Below are positions 27,201 through 38,960 of a DNA stretch of 64,000 nt, piece after piece. The stretch is taken from the NCBI RefSeq assembly GCF_001194135.2, contig NC_068989.1, forward strand, positions 60,290,717 through 60,354,716, read 5' to 3'. This DNA comes from Octopus bimaculoides (lineage: Eukaryota). The position numbers were made by a program, and so were the translations under genes. Every line of letters starts with the position of its first letter. The first letter of the stretch is position 1. The notes beneath the pieces are model-generated. The model did no database searches. It saw only the letters and a list, made by a program, of their open reading frames with translations, and had not been told where the DNA came from.

Positions 27201-28479
27201 TGCTAATTTATGGAAGCTATTTCGCTTGAGATATGTAGATAGATCACATGCCATTTAATGACAGTTGACGACGTAATTGCTTTGCTGGCATTAATCAGTT
27301 GACAGACGTATGCTATCTGTAATAGGATGGCGTATATGATTGGCATTGTCTAGTGGGATTTATGAAGCTAACGGAAGACTAGTTAGGAGCACGGCAGTTG
27401 TGCACTGTCTGTGGTTTGGATCATTTAGATTATACATTTTCCGGGAGATAGTGAAAGGTCAGTGATATGTAAGGACAACTGACTTTCGTCACTCCTAAAC
27501 AAGGTTTTTGTTATAAACGAAATATTTAAATATTTCACTTTTACTGGTGTGTCGGAAAAATATTAGAGTGAATCCGAGATAATAGGCAGTATGACTTATA
27601 GACACAGAGAATCAAAGAATACAGACATTGAGAAAGAAAGTACTCAAGTAAAATAGAGTGTAATCAATTAAAATGGTAGCATTCCATTGCGCAGTAAATT
27701 GGCATAACATTTATGGTTTCGGGGATGTGTGATTTCATAAGAAACGATGAGAATTTTATGAACGAATGAATATGAATGAATCTGAGTTAGTCTTATGGAA
27801 GCTTTACGGAAGAACAAACCCATATTACAGAAATTTGCTTTTCAAGTATGACATTGATAATATTTGATGTATTGTGCTATTTGTTTGAAAACATTCAAAA
27901 TAATCAATGTATTAGTTTGTTATATGATTACTAACCTTCCAAACCTAAACAGATATACAAGCAATCATCGTAAACTTTCTTCTATTTTCTTCTCCTCTTA
28001 ATGTATCAAGATTAAACAGGGATGTTTATTTCCGGTTGTTTCTTATCCTTACGAAGCTGTTTCCATTTAGTGGGCTGCTACTACTGAGTGTTTCTCTCAT
28101 CAACTGAACACTCAACCCTCTCAAGCAAAAGAAAAGGAAAACCCAAGCTAAAGATTAAATATGTAAGGCGATTATTTCTTTTAGGATATTCTGCGTAATT
28201 ATATGTACGTTTTAAGTATCAGGCATATGAAATATTGTTATTTCCAATATAAAGTAGTTTCCAGGCATTTTGTCGATGACAATATCATAAACCATTTACA
28301 GCTATTATTGCAATATCCATTTATAAAATGATGAACTATCGAGCAGGAAAGAGAAGAAAACTGTAGGATAAATTGACAGATATCTATACATTAAGTGCCA
28401 TTTATTGGGATATTTTCCTCAGCATATAGAATTAACTTGCAAGGGACTTAAAATGCAGAAATTAATATGGTTCATATGC

Positions 28480-28855
28480 CAAAATACACACACACACGCG
28501 CGCGCGCACATACACACACATACACACACACATACACACACAAGCACACACACAAGCACACACACACACACACACAAGCACACACACACATACACACACA
28601 CACAAACACACACACATCCACATAGACACATTCATACTCACACTTACACACATACACTCACACGCGCTGACACAAACATACACACGTATACACATACACA
28701 AACCAAATAAAATCACATTCACACTCACACTTACATACTCTCTCTCACTCCCCCTTACACAAACCAACTCAGACACATTCATACTCACACTTAGATATAC
28801 TCTCTCACTTCCCCCAGACACATACGCACACACTTTGACACCCCCTCCACACATG
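28480..28855 (+). repeat. Degenerate (CA)n tract with embedded higher-order repeats
   Basis: CA-rich throughout; CACATTCA(T/C)ACTCACACTTA occurs near 28628, 28714 and 28775. Confidence 0.9.
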
Positions 28856-29659
28856 TATTTATATGACGAGCTGTATAGTGTAATGGATTATTATTTAATT
28901 ATACTGTTCTAATACACACACGCACACTTTCACTCGCAAAAATACGTCCACTCCCAAGCATCCATACACACAAACATGCAGGCATATGTACACGTTAGTT
29001 ATGCTTGGAGAAAGTCGTTCTCTCCAGAGCCTTTGTTGGATCTTCAAGCCTAGTGAGGATGATGCCGTTAGCACTCCATTTAAAACCTTCTGGTCACTAC
29101 CAGAAAAAACACGATCATGCAAGAAGGGAACAACTGCACATAGTGGCTAGAACGGGGACTGTAGCGTTGGTTTTAGAAAAAAGCGGAAGCTGGACTGAGT
29201 GGAGAGTGCCCGAGCGAATGTTGTACAAATTTATAAACTGATCTGAGGGAAGGCAGAAACAAGGGACAACAAGTTTGAACTAAAAAACGGGAGCATGTGA
29301 GTGACTGAATGGAAATCAATCAAGTGATCTCTCTTTACATGGGGTTTGGGCTGTCTGTGTATTTAATCTTTGTAGAAAATTCGTACGTGCTGGAAGTTGC
29401 TTTGAGGTGAAGTCCTTCAAATGGTAAAGACGTGAGTTGGCCACAGAAGAATCTCAGCAATGGTGGATATCTAGCATTTGGAGCGATGGTAAAAGTGTTA
29501 GTTGAGTGTTACTCATATTTACAGAAGCTGATGTACGAAGAGATTTTCTTGATATGTCTAATGAACATTGATTGTGCTGTTGAAGGAAACAAAATTGACT
29601 CTATCCTATTAGATGATATATATGTGCATATATACACATACACGCATTCATATATATGT

Positions 29660-29666
29660 TTATGTA

Positions 29667-29726
<60 letters not shown>

Positions 29727-29825
29727 CATCTATATATCTGTATATCTGTCTGTCTGTCTCTCTGCCTACTTGTCTGTCTGCCTGCCTGTCTGTCTGTTTG
29801 TCCGTCTAGACAAACACATAAAACA

Positions 29826-29880
<55 letters not shown>
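29660..29880 (+). repeat. Compound (TCTA)n/(TCTG)n/(CA)n microsatellite
   Basis: Read directly from the sequence. Confidence 0.95.
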
Positions 29881-30772
29881 TTAGATGTTAAATATCTGCT
29901 ATAAACGACATTACTGCTCCAAAATATCACTTAGCTATGAATAAATCCTAATGAATAAGTATATATTAAATAGCTATAGGTACAATATTAGAACCCTACT
30001 AAGAAAAGCATCACTGTAGTATTACAAAAAAATGCCTAAGGTTAGAGAGCTAAATTTTGCCCACCCAACTCTTTCAACATCTCACGCGAAAAAACAAAAT
30101 GAACCCGATATGTGTCGACAAGGAACAGACGAAGAGATAAGCCTGTCAAGCGGAAGAGGGCAAAGATAATGAAGAAAAAGTAAAAAACGATTTCAAAATT
30201 AAATCATACAACCTAAATTCGAGGTTTATACCAGCTAAGCTCATATTTTATATTAATTTTCCATAACCAGATGTGCTCTTAATTTGACCAATATTTGGCA
30301 ACTTAATTATCAGCTTGAAATAAATTAAAACTTGCTTAATATATTGTTGTGTAATTCTAGGTTGCAACTAAAATTTTCCCATAATATCCTGCCCAATCAT
30401 TTATTTCATAAGATTACTCGTTACATCTACGAATAAATCTCAGGTACTAACTGTTTGCCATTTCTTATTACTTGCCTAGCAACAAATGTCATATCTTAAC
30501 TCAATAGGTCAGCAACAGCTGTCTGCATATACTATGGCTATTACTCTAATACATATATTTATGCATATATATATCTATGCATGTACGTATGATATATCTG
30601 TGTGTCTGTGTGGGTGTATCTCTGTTTGTGCGTGTAAGCACGTGTACCAAGCATTGAAGAATCAATCGCTGTGACACAAAGATTCACTTACCAGAACTAA
30701 ACACCTACACAGAAAAGCCCTAAATAAGTTGTGTTCCATCATTTCCTGCGGAAAATCCAGGCTTATCTATCA

Positions 30773-30804
<32 letters not shown>

Positions 30805-32049
30805 NNNNNNNNNNNNNNNNNNNNNNNNNNNNNNNNNNNNNNNNNNNNNNNNNNNNNNNNNNNNNNNNNNNNNNNNNNNNNNNNNNNNNNNNNNNNNNNN
30901 NNNNNNNNNNNNNNNNNNNNNNNNNNNNNNNNNNNNNNNNNNNNNNNNNNNNNNNNNNNNNNNNNNNNNNNNNNNNNNNNNNNNNNNNNNNNNNNNNNNN
31001 NNNNNNNNNNNNNNNNNNNNNNNNNNNNNNNNNNNNNNNNNNNNNNNNNNNNNNNNNNNNNNNNNNNNNNNNNNNNNNNNNNNNNNNNNNNNNNNNNNNN
31101 NNNNNNNNNNNNNNNNNNNNNNNNNNNNNNNNNNNNNNNNNNNNNNNNNNNNNNNNNNNNNNNNNNNNNNNNNNNNNNNNNNNNNNNNNNNNNNNNNNNN
31201 NNNNNNNNNNNNNNNNNNNNNNNNNNNNNNNNNNNNNNNNNNNNNNNNNNNNNNNNNNNNNNNNNNNNNNNNNNNNNNNNNNNNNNNNNNNNNNNNNNNN
31301 NNNNNNNNNNNNNNNNNNNNNNNNNNNNNNNNNNNNNNNNNNNNNNNNNNNNNNNNNNNNNNNNNNNNNNNNNNNNNNNNNNNNNNNNNNNNNNNNNNNN
31401 NNNNNNNNNNNNNNNNNNNNNNNNNNNNNNNNNNNNNNNNNNNNNNNNNNNNNNNNNNNNNNNNNNNNNNNNNNNNNNNNNNNNNNNNNNNNNNNNNNNN
31501 NNNNNNNNNNNNNNNNNNNNNNNNNNNNNNNNNNNNNNNNNNNNNNNNNNNNNNNNNNNNNNNNNNNNNNNNNNNNNNNNNNNNNNNNNNNNNNNNNNNN
31601 NNNNNNNNNNNNNNNNNNNNNNNNNNNNNNNNNNNNNNNNNNNNNNNNNNNNNNNNNNNNNNNNNNNNNNNNNNNNNNNNNNNNNNNNNNNNNNNNNNNN
31701 NNNNNNNNNNNNNNNNNNNNNNNTATATATATATATATATATATATATTTATACATATAGATATATACATATATGTATACATATATATATATGTATACAT
31801 AAATACATACATATACATGTGTGTGTGTGTTTATGTTATTGTCATCATAAGAAATTTATAAACTTTCGTGGGAAAATATGTTAATTATTTGGGGAAATCT
31901 CGAAGCTGGCATGTGGCTGTAAATAATAGCATATATATAATGGTTTTATGTGAGCTTCGAGATTTCAGAAGAAACATTTATGACATCAGTAACATACAAT
32001 TCCTGCTGTAAGAATAAAGTGTCTAAAATGGATAAAGAAACTCGAAGGA

Positions 32050-32132
32050 TCGCTTTGGTAAAATGGTAGTGCACATATCATGTCTACCGGAGATGTAGAC
32101 TCGAGTCCCACTGGCAGTCTTCGGCTTTTTCT
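32050..32132 (+). pseudogene. tRNA-like relic (decayed tRNA or isolated SINE head)
   Basis: A-box-like TGGTAAAATGG (~32056), B-box-like GACTCGAGTCCC (~32098) and a downstream T run (GGCTTTTT). No convincing cloverleaf by eye. Confidence 0.35.
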
Positions 32133-34263
32133 ATTCAAAAGATATATTCAACTCAAGATTAACATGCTATTATTCATAGCTTTATGTGAAATTCGAGATT
32201 CCTGTGCACACGCACAGACATTATATTCCTACACACACAGACACACACACACACGCATATATTCAATTGTTATAAGCATAAGCGTTCCTATTTTATACTA
32301 TATAAAAAATGAAACAAATATAGCAAGTGACAAAGGATTGGTCAACAGCAATATAATGGCTTTCAGCGACTCTAAAATATGAGAAACAAGATTACGAACA
32401 TTATAGCAAAAAGCAAAGATCAATTTTATAAAATATGGGTATCATGCAATTGAAGATTTAGTTTATATGAAGAATGAAGATAAGAAAAACTTTATTGCTT
32501 TCACTGTTTTGATAACTATATGTGTTTATATGTGTTTTGGAATGAAATGTATTAACAGAAAACCATGTCAAGCTATGTACTCCACCGGAAACCATCAAAT
32601 TACTTTGGGGTTTCGGCAAATACTGAAATATATTGTTAAACACGTATCAGTACAATGTCGTTGTATTAATATATATGTTTTTCAAAGGGAGTTTCATGGG
32701 AATGATATAGCCAGAGAACAATTTTGAACCGTAATAAATTGCTTGAAAGATGATCTGCTTGACAGATTTGAAACAAAAATAAGACCAACAAAATAAAATT
32801 ACCTCGAATACGACAGTTGGTCATACAAGCAATAAATACACTCCGTTATGTTCAAAAGACGCCATCTTTATTCAGTTTACTTCTTTAAACAAATGCACGT
32901 GCCTTGTTACAGAATTTTCTTTTTCTTTGTATAATTATATTATCATTACACACATTTCTACATGTTTATTCAATTATTTGTTTTTAGCTACATTTAATAC
33001 TTCGTAAGTTATAATCTTGATATTATTTCTATTTCCATTACATTTATTACTGAGACACTAGTTTCTATAGTATATTCCAATATTTACTTTATTTTGTAGT
33101 TGATTTCTATTTCACTTCTACCAACAAGTTCTGTAAATATATTAAATTCAAGTTTCTCAATAACAATTTAATTAACTGAACATCAGAATATTTTACATTT
33201 TTTATTCGTAAAAATTGAAGCCTGCAGAAACGATATTAGTTACATTTTATCTGTTTATTTTATTTTATTTTACTGTTCATATACGGAATTATTTCCTATT
33301 TCGCACATATTTTTAGTTCCTAATTTGCTAACAAAATTGCTTTACACCACATTACTTAGAAAAGACACAAAATCAAGAATAACATCGCAGAAAATACACG
33401 AAATTTGAGATAAGAGGAAAGTAAGACAGCGATACAGATATATTATGGATAACTGTGATTGCTTTGAAACTTATTAAAGAAATCTTCTTGCATGCTAGAT
33501 ATTAAAAATTGGATGTAATATTATTTCTATAAGCAAAGCAATACTTACTAATTAGTTACTGCAACGCTACACACAACGGATACCGACAATGTGTCATTTT
33601 TTTCAAGGTTTCTTGAGACCAAGTAAAGCAACCAAAAACAAATACGACACTGGAAAACAACAAACTGAATTCAATTATTGTAGTTTGGGGCATTATATTA
33701 CACTTGTTTACGTTTTTTCTCTGAAAGTTTGATAAAAGCTGACTTCATTAACGAAAGTTGTTTCATATATTTTTTCCCCAGAATTTGAACCATCATAAAT
33801 ATTTTGTATTCACTACAAAATATCAAGCAACACTGCTACACGCTGTTTATTTCTGCATTGATCTGGCTGCAGTAATACAGATTTTTAAGAATAATAAAAG
33901 TTAACACCAACTCGATGACTCTAGTTGATGTATCTGTCATACTTGATATTACTAAATCATTGCATATCCATATATAGGAAAATATGTGTAATGCATTTGC
34001 TAGTAATTTCGAATTGATTAGTTAAACTCACACACGAACAAATTCATGCTTCATTACTCGGCTCGTCATGGATAGTCTGAAATGTAAATATAAAGTGACA
34101 CCTGGTTTTGTAAAACATAAATTTCACGTTTTTACATAGCTGTGAAAAGGAAACGCCGTGATTACACAACACAGATTATATATATGTATATACATACACA
34201 TATTGATATATAATATTATGTCGATCGATCGATCAATGAATGAATGAATGAATCAGTCAATCA

Positions 34264-34334
<71 letters not shown>

Positions 34335-34358
34335 ATCTATCTATCTATCTATCTATCT
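34264..34358 (+). repeat. (CTAT)n microsatellite
   Basis: Read directly from the sequence. Confidence 0.95.
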
Positions 34359-34461
34359 ACATGGTGTGTTCGGGTTAAATTTGACGATACTTATACCTCT
34401 TTCACCTTGATGCATTGGTGAACAGTCAACAGCACTACAGAGCATAAGGATTAGATTCAAT

Positions 34462-35162
34462 AGTATCGGCACCAAGCAGTGATTACGCATACCTGAACTT
34501 TGTGTTAGTTAAAATATGTTTGTGATATATATCAACTTCTTAAGGTTAATTCATTGCAATTATTGTAGAGAAACACTCTCTGTTATGGTAAAAAGTGTAA
34601 AAATGCAATATCTGCTCAGTGTTGCCCTCAGTCGGATTACCAGGCGCAGCGTTTCTAGCTCTGGTTTCTGGGAAATACCGAAGAGAAGTAAATCTAAGCA
34701 GAAACGCTGCGTCTGAATATCCGATAGAGGGTTTCTGGCTCTTTAGACTTCTCCAATGGAGAGAGGTAACAACTTTTATCATTAGAGAGACTATTTCTCT
34801 CCACAGTAACTGCAGTGAATTTGCCTTTAGAAGTTGGAATATGTCACGAAAGTATTTCAATTAAACTAAAGTTTGCGTATACCTGATCACTGCTTGGTGC
34901 TGATACTGCTGAATTACGTTTATAAATGTTATTGGCTTAAATCGTTGTCTTTAAATCTGCTCAGAGTTACCTCTCTTCGGTATTTCCCATCGAGGAAGGC
35001 TAAAGACCGATAAATGCTTCATCTGAGAATCCAATAGATGGTAATAAAGTGTTTTTACACCATTTAACATAATAGAGAATACTTTCTCCATAGTAACCGC
35101 AATGAATTTATTTTTACAATTTGAAATATGCCACAAATATATTTTAACGAACCTAAAGTTCA
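34462..35162. repeat. Long imperfect inverted repeat (foldback) with a third arm
   Basis: 34462-34483 vs the reverse complement of 34886-34907 match at 21/22; 34645-34656 vs rc 34700-34711 at 12/12; 34669-34685 vs rc 34973-34989 at 17/17. 35052-35162 is the reverse complement of ~34494-34598. Confidence 0.85.
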
Positions 35163-35229
35163 CATAAAGATTGAAGGTGTCGCCGAGAAACAGTTAGCTT
35201 ACATACAGGATTAGAAGCTATCTGAATAT

Positions 35230-35800
35230 TGAAAAAGAGTAACCTGTATCATGTTGCTTCGCTCTGAGTGTCAAAATGGCAATACCAAGACTTAATCAAG
35301 GTTCTGAACTATGTAAAGGCTGTGAAACGTAACATGGACAGCTGCAACTGAAAATACAAAGCTGCGACCAGCAAGAAGAGACTCAGTCTGCTTGCCGGTG
35401 TTCGGCTCCATAACTTTGAACAAGGTATTAGACTCAATTCAGACGGCCATGTGGTACTACTGGAGATGCAGTCAATCCATAAAGGGAGAGGCTTGCTGCT
35501 GGAAGGCCCTATTTATGGCAGCAGCATTCGGCAGAAATAGTCAGAAATGGTTGTCGAAGAATTTCAACGACTTCAGACAAAATTCTTAGACTCCCAATTC
35601 CCACGACAGTTATCTATGTGTGGTACGCAATTGAGAAAGACACCCACTGCTCTGCCTCCAACATAGAGGCCAAGTGGATGGCCAAGATCAAGGAGGTGTT
35701 GGAAGATATTCCCAGAGGTTCAGTAAGGTATGCATGCTGTAAGTTCCAGAGCCGTCTTGAGACTGTGGTGGAAGCTAAGTGCGGCTACTTTGAGTAAGTT
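35230..35800 (+). mobile_element. Tc1/mariner-superfamily transposase relic, internally deleted
   Basis: Frameshifted pieces FEQGIRLNSDGHV, PYLWQQHS, NSQKWLSKNFNDF, TPNSHD and YVWYAIEKDTHC...KFQSRLETVVEAKCGYFE* (stop at ~35797) match the WQQDSAP-H / PNSPD-NP-DY-VW / RLEAV-EA-GG-FE C-terminal region. Confidence 0.85.
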
Positions 35801-37289
35801 ATTGACTCCCAGCCATAATCTAGTTGATAGACTTTTGAGTTTTTAAAAATACTTTTATCCTTAGATGGGATATTGTGTTTTCTTTTCCCTTTATGCAAAC
35901 AGTCATATTTAGCCATAACAGCCTGTATATATATACATGTATATGTATATATACACGAGTTTGCGCGTGTGTGAGGTCACTTGTGAGTTCTGTCATGAGA
36001 GCTACCAGTAACATAGAATCCTGCACCGATATCGCCTCTAGGCTTATCTGGAGTGTAAGGTTGCTACGAATCCAGCAATACGAAAAACAAGACCTGTTAA
36101 AAGGACAAATTAACCTAGTGTAGGCTCCACAACTATCTCAATAGCTAGGGCTCTCAGAAATTCCCAATTGGTGTCCGGCGTATTGTATAACGACTAGGAG
36201 CGAAGCACCCCTCAGATTTGTTAAAGCATGTCTCAAAGAGAAGGTCACTCTGATATAAAAGCAGATATGCAGGCAATGATATTGAACATTTTGGGGGTTT
36301 CACACTTGCGCTTGGGATAATGGCGCTCCCACATTCTTGAGGCTGTGATCTATATTGGTGCTGGATTACTTGTATCTGGATTATGTCTGTAGGGCGGAGA
36401 GGGTCTGTGAGGTATTAAAACTTATTAGATCTAAAATTTCATGCTGCACAATCACAGGTGGACGGTGTTCCGATGCCCCAGGCGAGTGGGCGGGCGTCGT
36501 GGCATAGAAGCTGTCGGCGCAATAGAAGCTGTCGGCGCAAACCCGGGAGAAGTCAACCGCGAGTTCAATGATCTCATGCACAGGCATTTCTGGCGTTTTG
36601 CATGGCAATGTAATTGTAATTACTGATGGCCTTCCTCGGTCGTGCGTGGCCAACCATCATATATAAATACATATGTGTGTGTGTCTGTGTGCGCGCGCGC
36701 GTGTGCGTATGCGTGTGTGCGTGTGCGTATGTGCGCGTGCGTGTGTGCGTGTGCGTGTGTGCATGTGCGTGTGTGTAAGTGTGTGTATACAAATATATAT
36801 GTATATGAGTGTGTGTGTGTGCGTGTGTTTGTCTGTGTGTGTGTACGTGTGTAACGTATGGCGTGTAACCACTTTATTTCCCCTTCAGAACAATGTGAAA
36901 ATGTAAATTTTTATTTTACAAAATTAGGTGTCACTTTTTATAATATTTATATTCCAAAAAATTTCTAATGGGTCGACTAGAACTGCATGAATTGGTCCGT
37001 GCGTAAGTTTAACTAATCAAATTGAAATTACTGACAAAAGCATTACTCAACCCAGAATATTTTCTTTCATATGGATATGCAACGCTTGAGAAATATCAAG
37101 TATAACAGATAGATTAATTAGAACCATCAAGTTAGTGAAAAGTTTTATGAATCTTAATAAAAACTTATTATTGCTGCCAGATGAATGGTAAAATTTAAAA
37201 AAATCAAGAGCACTCAGATAACACAAACCTCCGCACAAGCAACACCAACGTCCTCTGAACGATTATCCAGAGATGATTTTTAAAATAAG

Positions 37290-37578
37290 AATATCTTAAA
37301 TAAACTCGACTGCTCTCACAAACGAGAATCCTAAAATTGAACCCGATCGCTCTCAAAACTTAAGTAAAAAAAAAATAGCAAAAATAATCTAGAATTCTTG
37401 TCCGGTACCGGATCGATCCCAAAATCTAATCAGTTCGTGCCAGTCACGAGGCCAAACATCCCTAAAAGTTTTATCCGAATCCATCTGAGGGTTCTTGAGA
37501 TATCATTCCACGGACAAACAAACAACCAAACACGACTGAAAACAATACCTCCACATTCGCCAAGGCGGAGGTAATAAA
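37290..37578 (+). mobile_element. Probable non-autonomous Helitron/Helentron-type element
   Basis: Terminal hairpin TACCTCC-ACATTCGCCAAGGC-GGAGGTA (37546-37573) ending GGCGGAGGTAATAA; internal palindrome TCCGGTACCGGA (37401-37412). The superfamily call rests on the terminus type and is inference. Confidence 0.45.
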
Positions 37579-38063
37579 GAATGTGTTGCTTGATATTTTG
37601 TAGTGAATGAAAAATATTTATGACTGTTCAAGTTCTGGCGAAAAAATATACGAAACAACTTTTGCTAATGAAGTGTGATTTTCTTTCAAAATTTCAAAAT
37701 AAATAAAGAAAAAAGAACGGAAACAAGTGTAATATAATACCCCAAACAACAATAATTGAAGTCAGTTTGTTGGTTTACTCGGTCTCATGGAAACTTGAAA
37801 AAGAAGTTACAAATTGTCGGTATCCGTTGTGTGTAAAGTTCCAGTAACTAATTAGTAAGTATTGCTTTGCCTATAGAAATAATATCGTATGCAATTTTTA
37901 TCATCCTGTGTGCAAAGATTGCTTTAACCTATTTGAAGCGCATACATACAAACATACATGTGTGTATGTGTGTGTTTGTGTACGTCTATAGAGGTATCTC
38001 TGTGTGCGTGTATACATACATACATACATGCATATACATACATACATACATATATATATATAC

Positions 38064-38113
<50 letters not shown>

Positions 38114-38278
38114 NNNNNNNNNNNNNNNNNNNNNNNNNNNNNNNNNNNNNNNNNNNNNNNNNNNNNNNNNNNNNNNNNNNNNNNNNNNNNNNNNNNNNNN
38201 NNNNNNNNNNNNNNNNNNNNNNNNNNNNNNNNNNNNNNNNNNNNNNNNNNNNNNNNNNNNNNNNNNNNNNNNNNNNNN

Positions 38279-38309
<31 letters not shown>

Positions 38310-38324
38310 GTATTGTTCAATGTG

Positions 38325-38505
38325 TACAAACAACACGGAAATACTGGGCTTAGTAAATTAATTTGGTCTCTTAAGGAACATAAACAATTTGATTTAGAAT
38401 GGAATATTCTATCTAAGTCGTTTCCTTATGATAGGGTAAATCTTATTGTTTCCTTATGATATGGGTAAATCTGTAACGATGAAATGTATTTCATCCTGTT
38501 CTCAA
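38325..38505 (+). mobile_element. Penelope-like element (second lineage), endonuclease C-terminal fragment
   Basis: YKQHGNTGLSKLIWSLKEHKQFDLEWNILSKSFPYD matches the T-LSK-IW-LK...W-IL...PY motif. After a ~24-bp duplication (38420/38448) it continues CNDEMYFILFSK. Confidence 0.7.
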
Positions 38506-38960
38506 AGAAAGTTCCGTGGATGGGACTTCTTGGAAAGTTCCGAGATCATCCTTGAAAGTTCTGAGGATGGGACGTCCTGGAAAGTTCCGAGGGTAATGAA
38601 CTTCCTGGAAAATTCCGAGGAATTCCTGGAAATTCCGTACTATTTCCTGGAAAGTTCCGAAGATTTCCTGGATAGTTCCGAGTGTTTCCTGGAAATCCCG
38701 AGGGTTTCCTAGAATGTTCCGTGCGTGAGTTACTTGTTGGAAAGTTCCGAGGATTTGTCTTCCTACAAAGTTCCGAGGACCTCGTGGAAAGTTCCGACGA
38801 GGACTTGCTGGAAAGTTACGAACATGAGTTACTTCCTGGATAGTTCCGCAGAGAGATAAAGAATTACTTCCTGGAAAGTTCCGCGGAAATTGTGCCAATT
38901 ACTTCCTTGAAAGTTACGAGGAGGGGGTAGGGAATTACTTCCTGGAAAGTTCCAAGGAAG
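38505..38960 (+). repeat. Degenerate minisatellite, ~18 units, core TTCCTGGAAAGTTCCGAG, period ~21-35 bp
   Basis: Exact GGAAAGTTCC at 38532, 38579, 38649, 38739, 38786, 38873 and 38944, with many one-mismatch variants between them. Confidence 0.9.

Noticed and set aside
28990-29600. Possible decayed CR1/L2 LINE 3' fragment on the minus strand
   Set aside because: Only vague peptide similarity (TLHSVQLPLFSKTN); not enough to call without a profile search.
38505-38960. CRISPR-like reading of the repeat array
   Set aside because: Units are degenerate, linkers are short, variable and similar to each other, no cas genes are present, and the context is eukaryotic.
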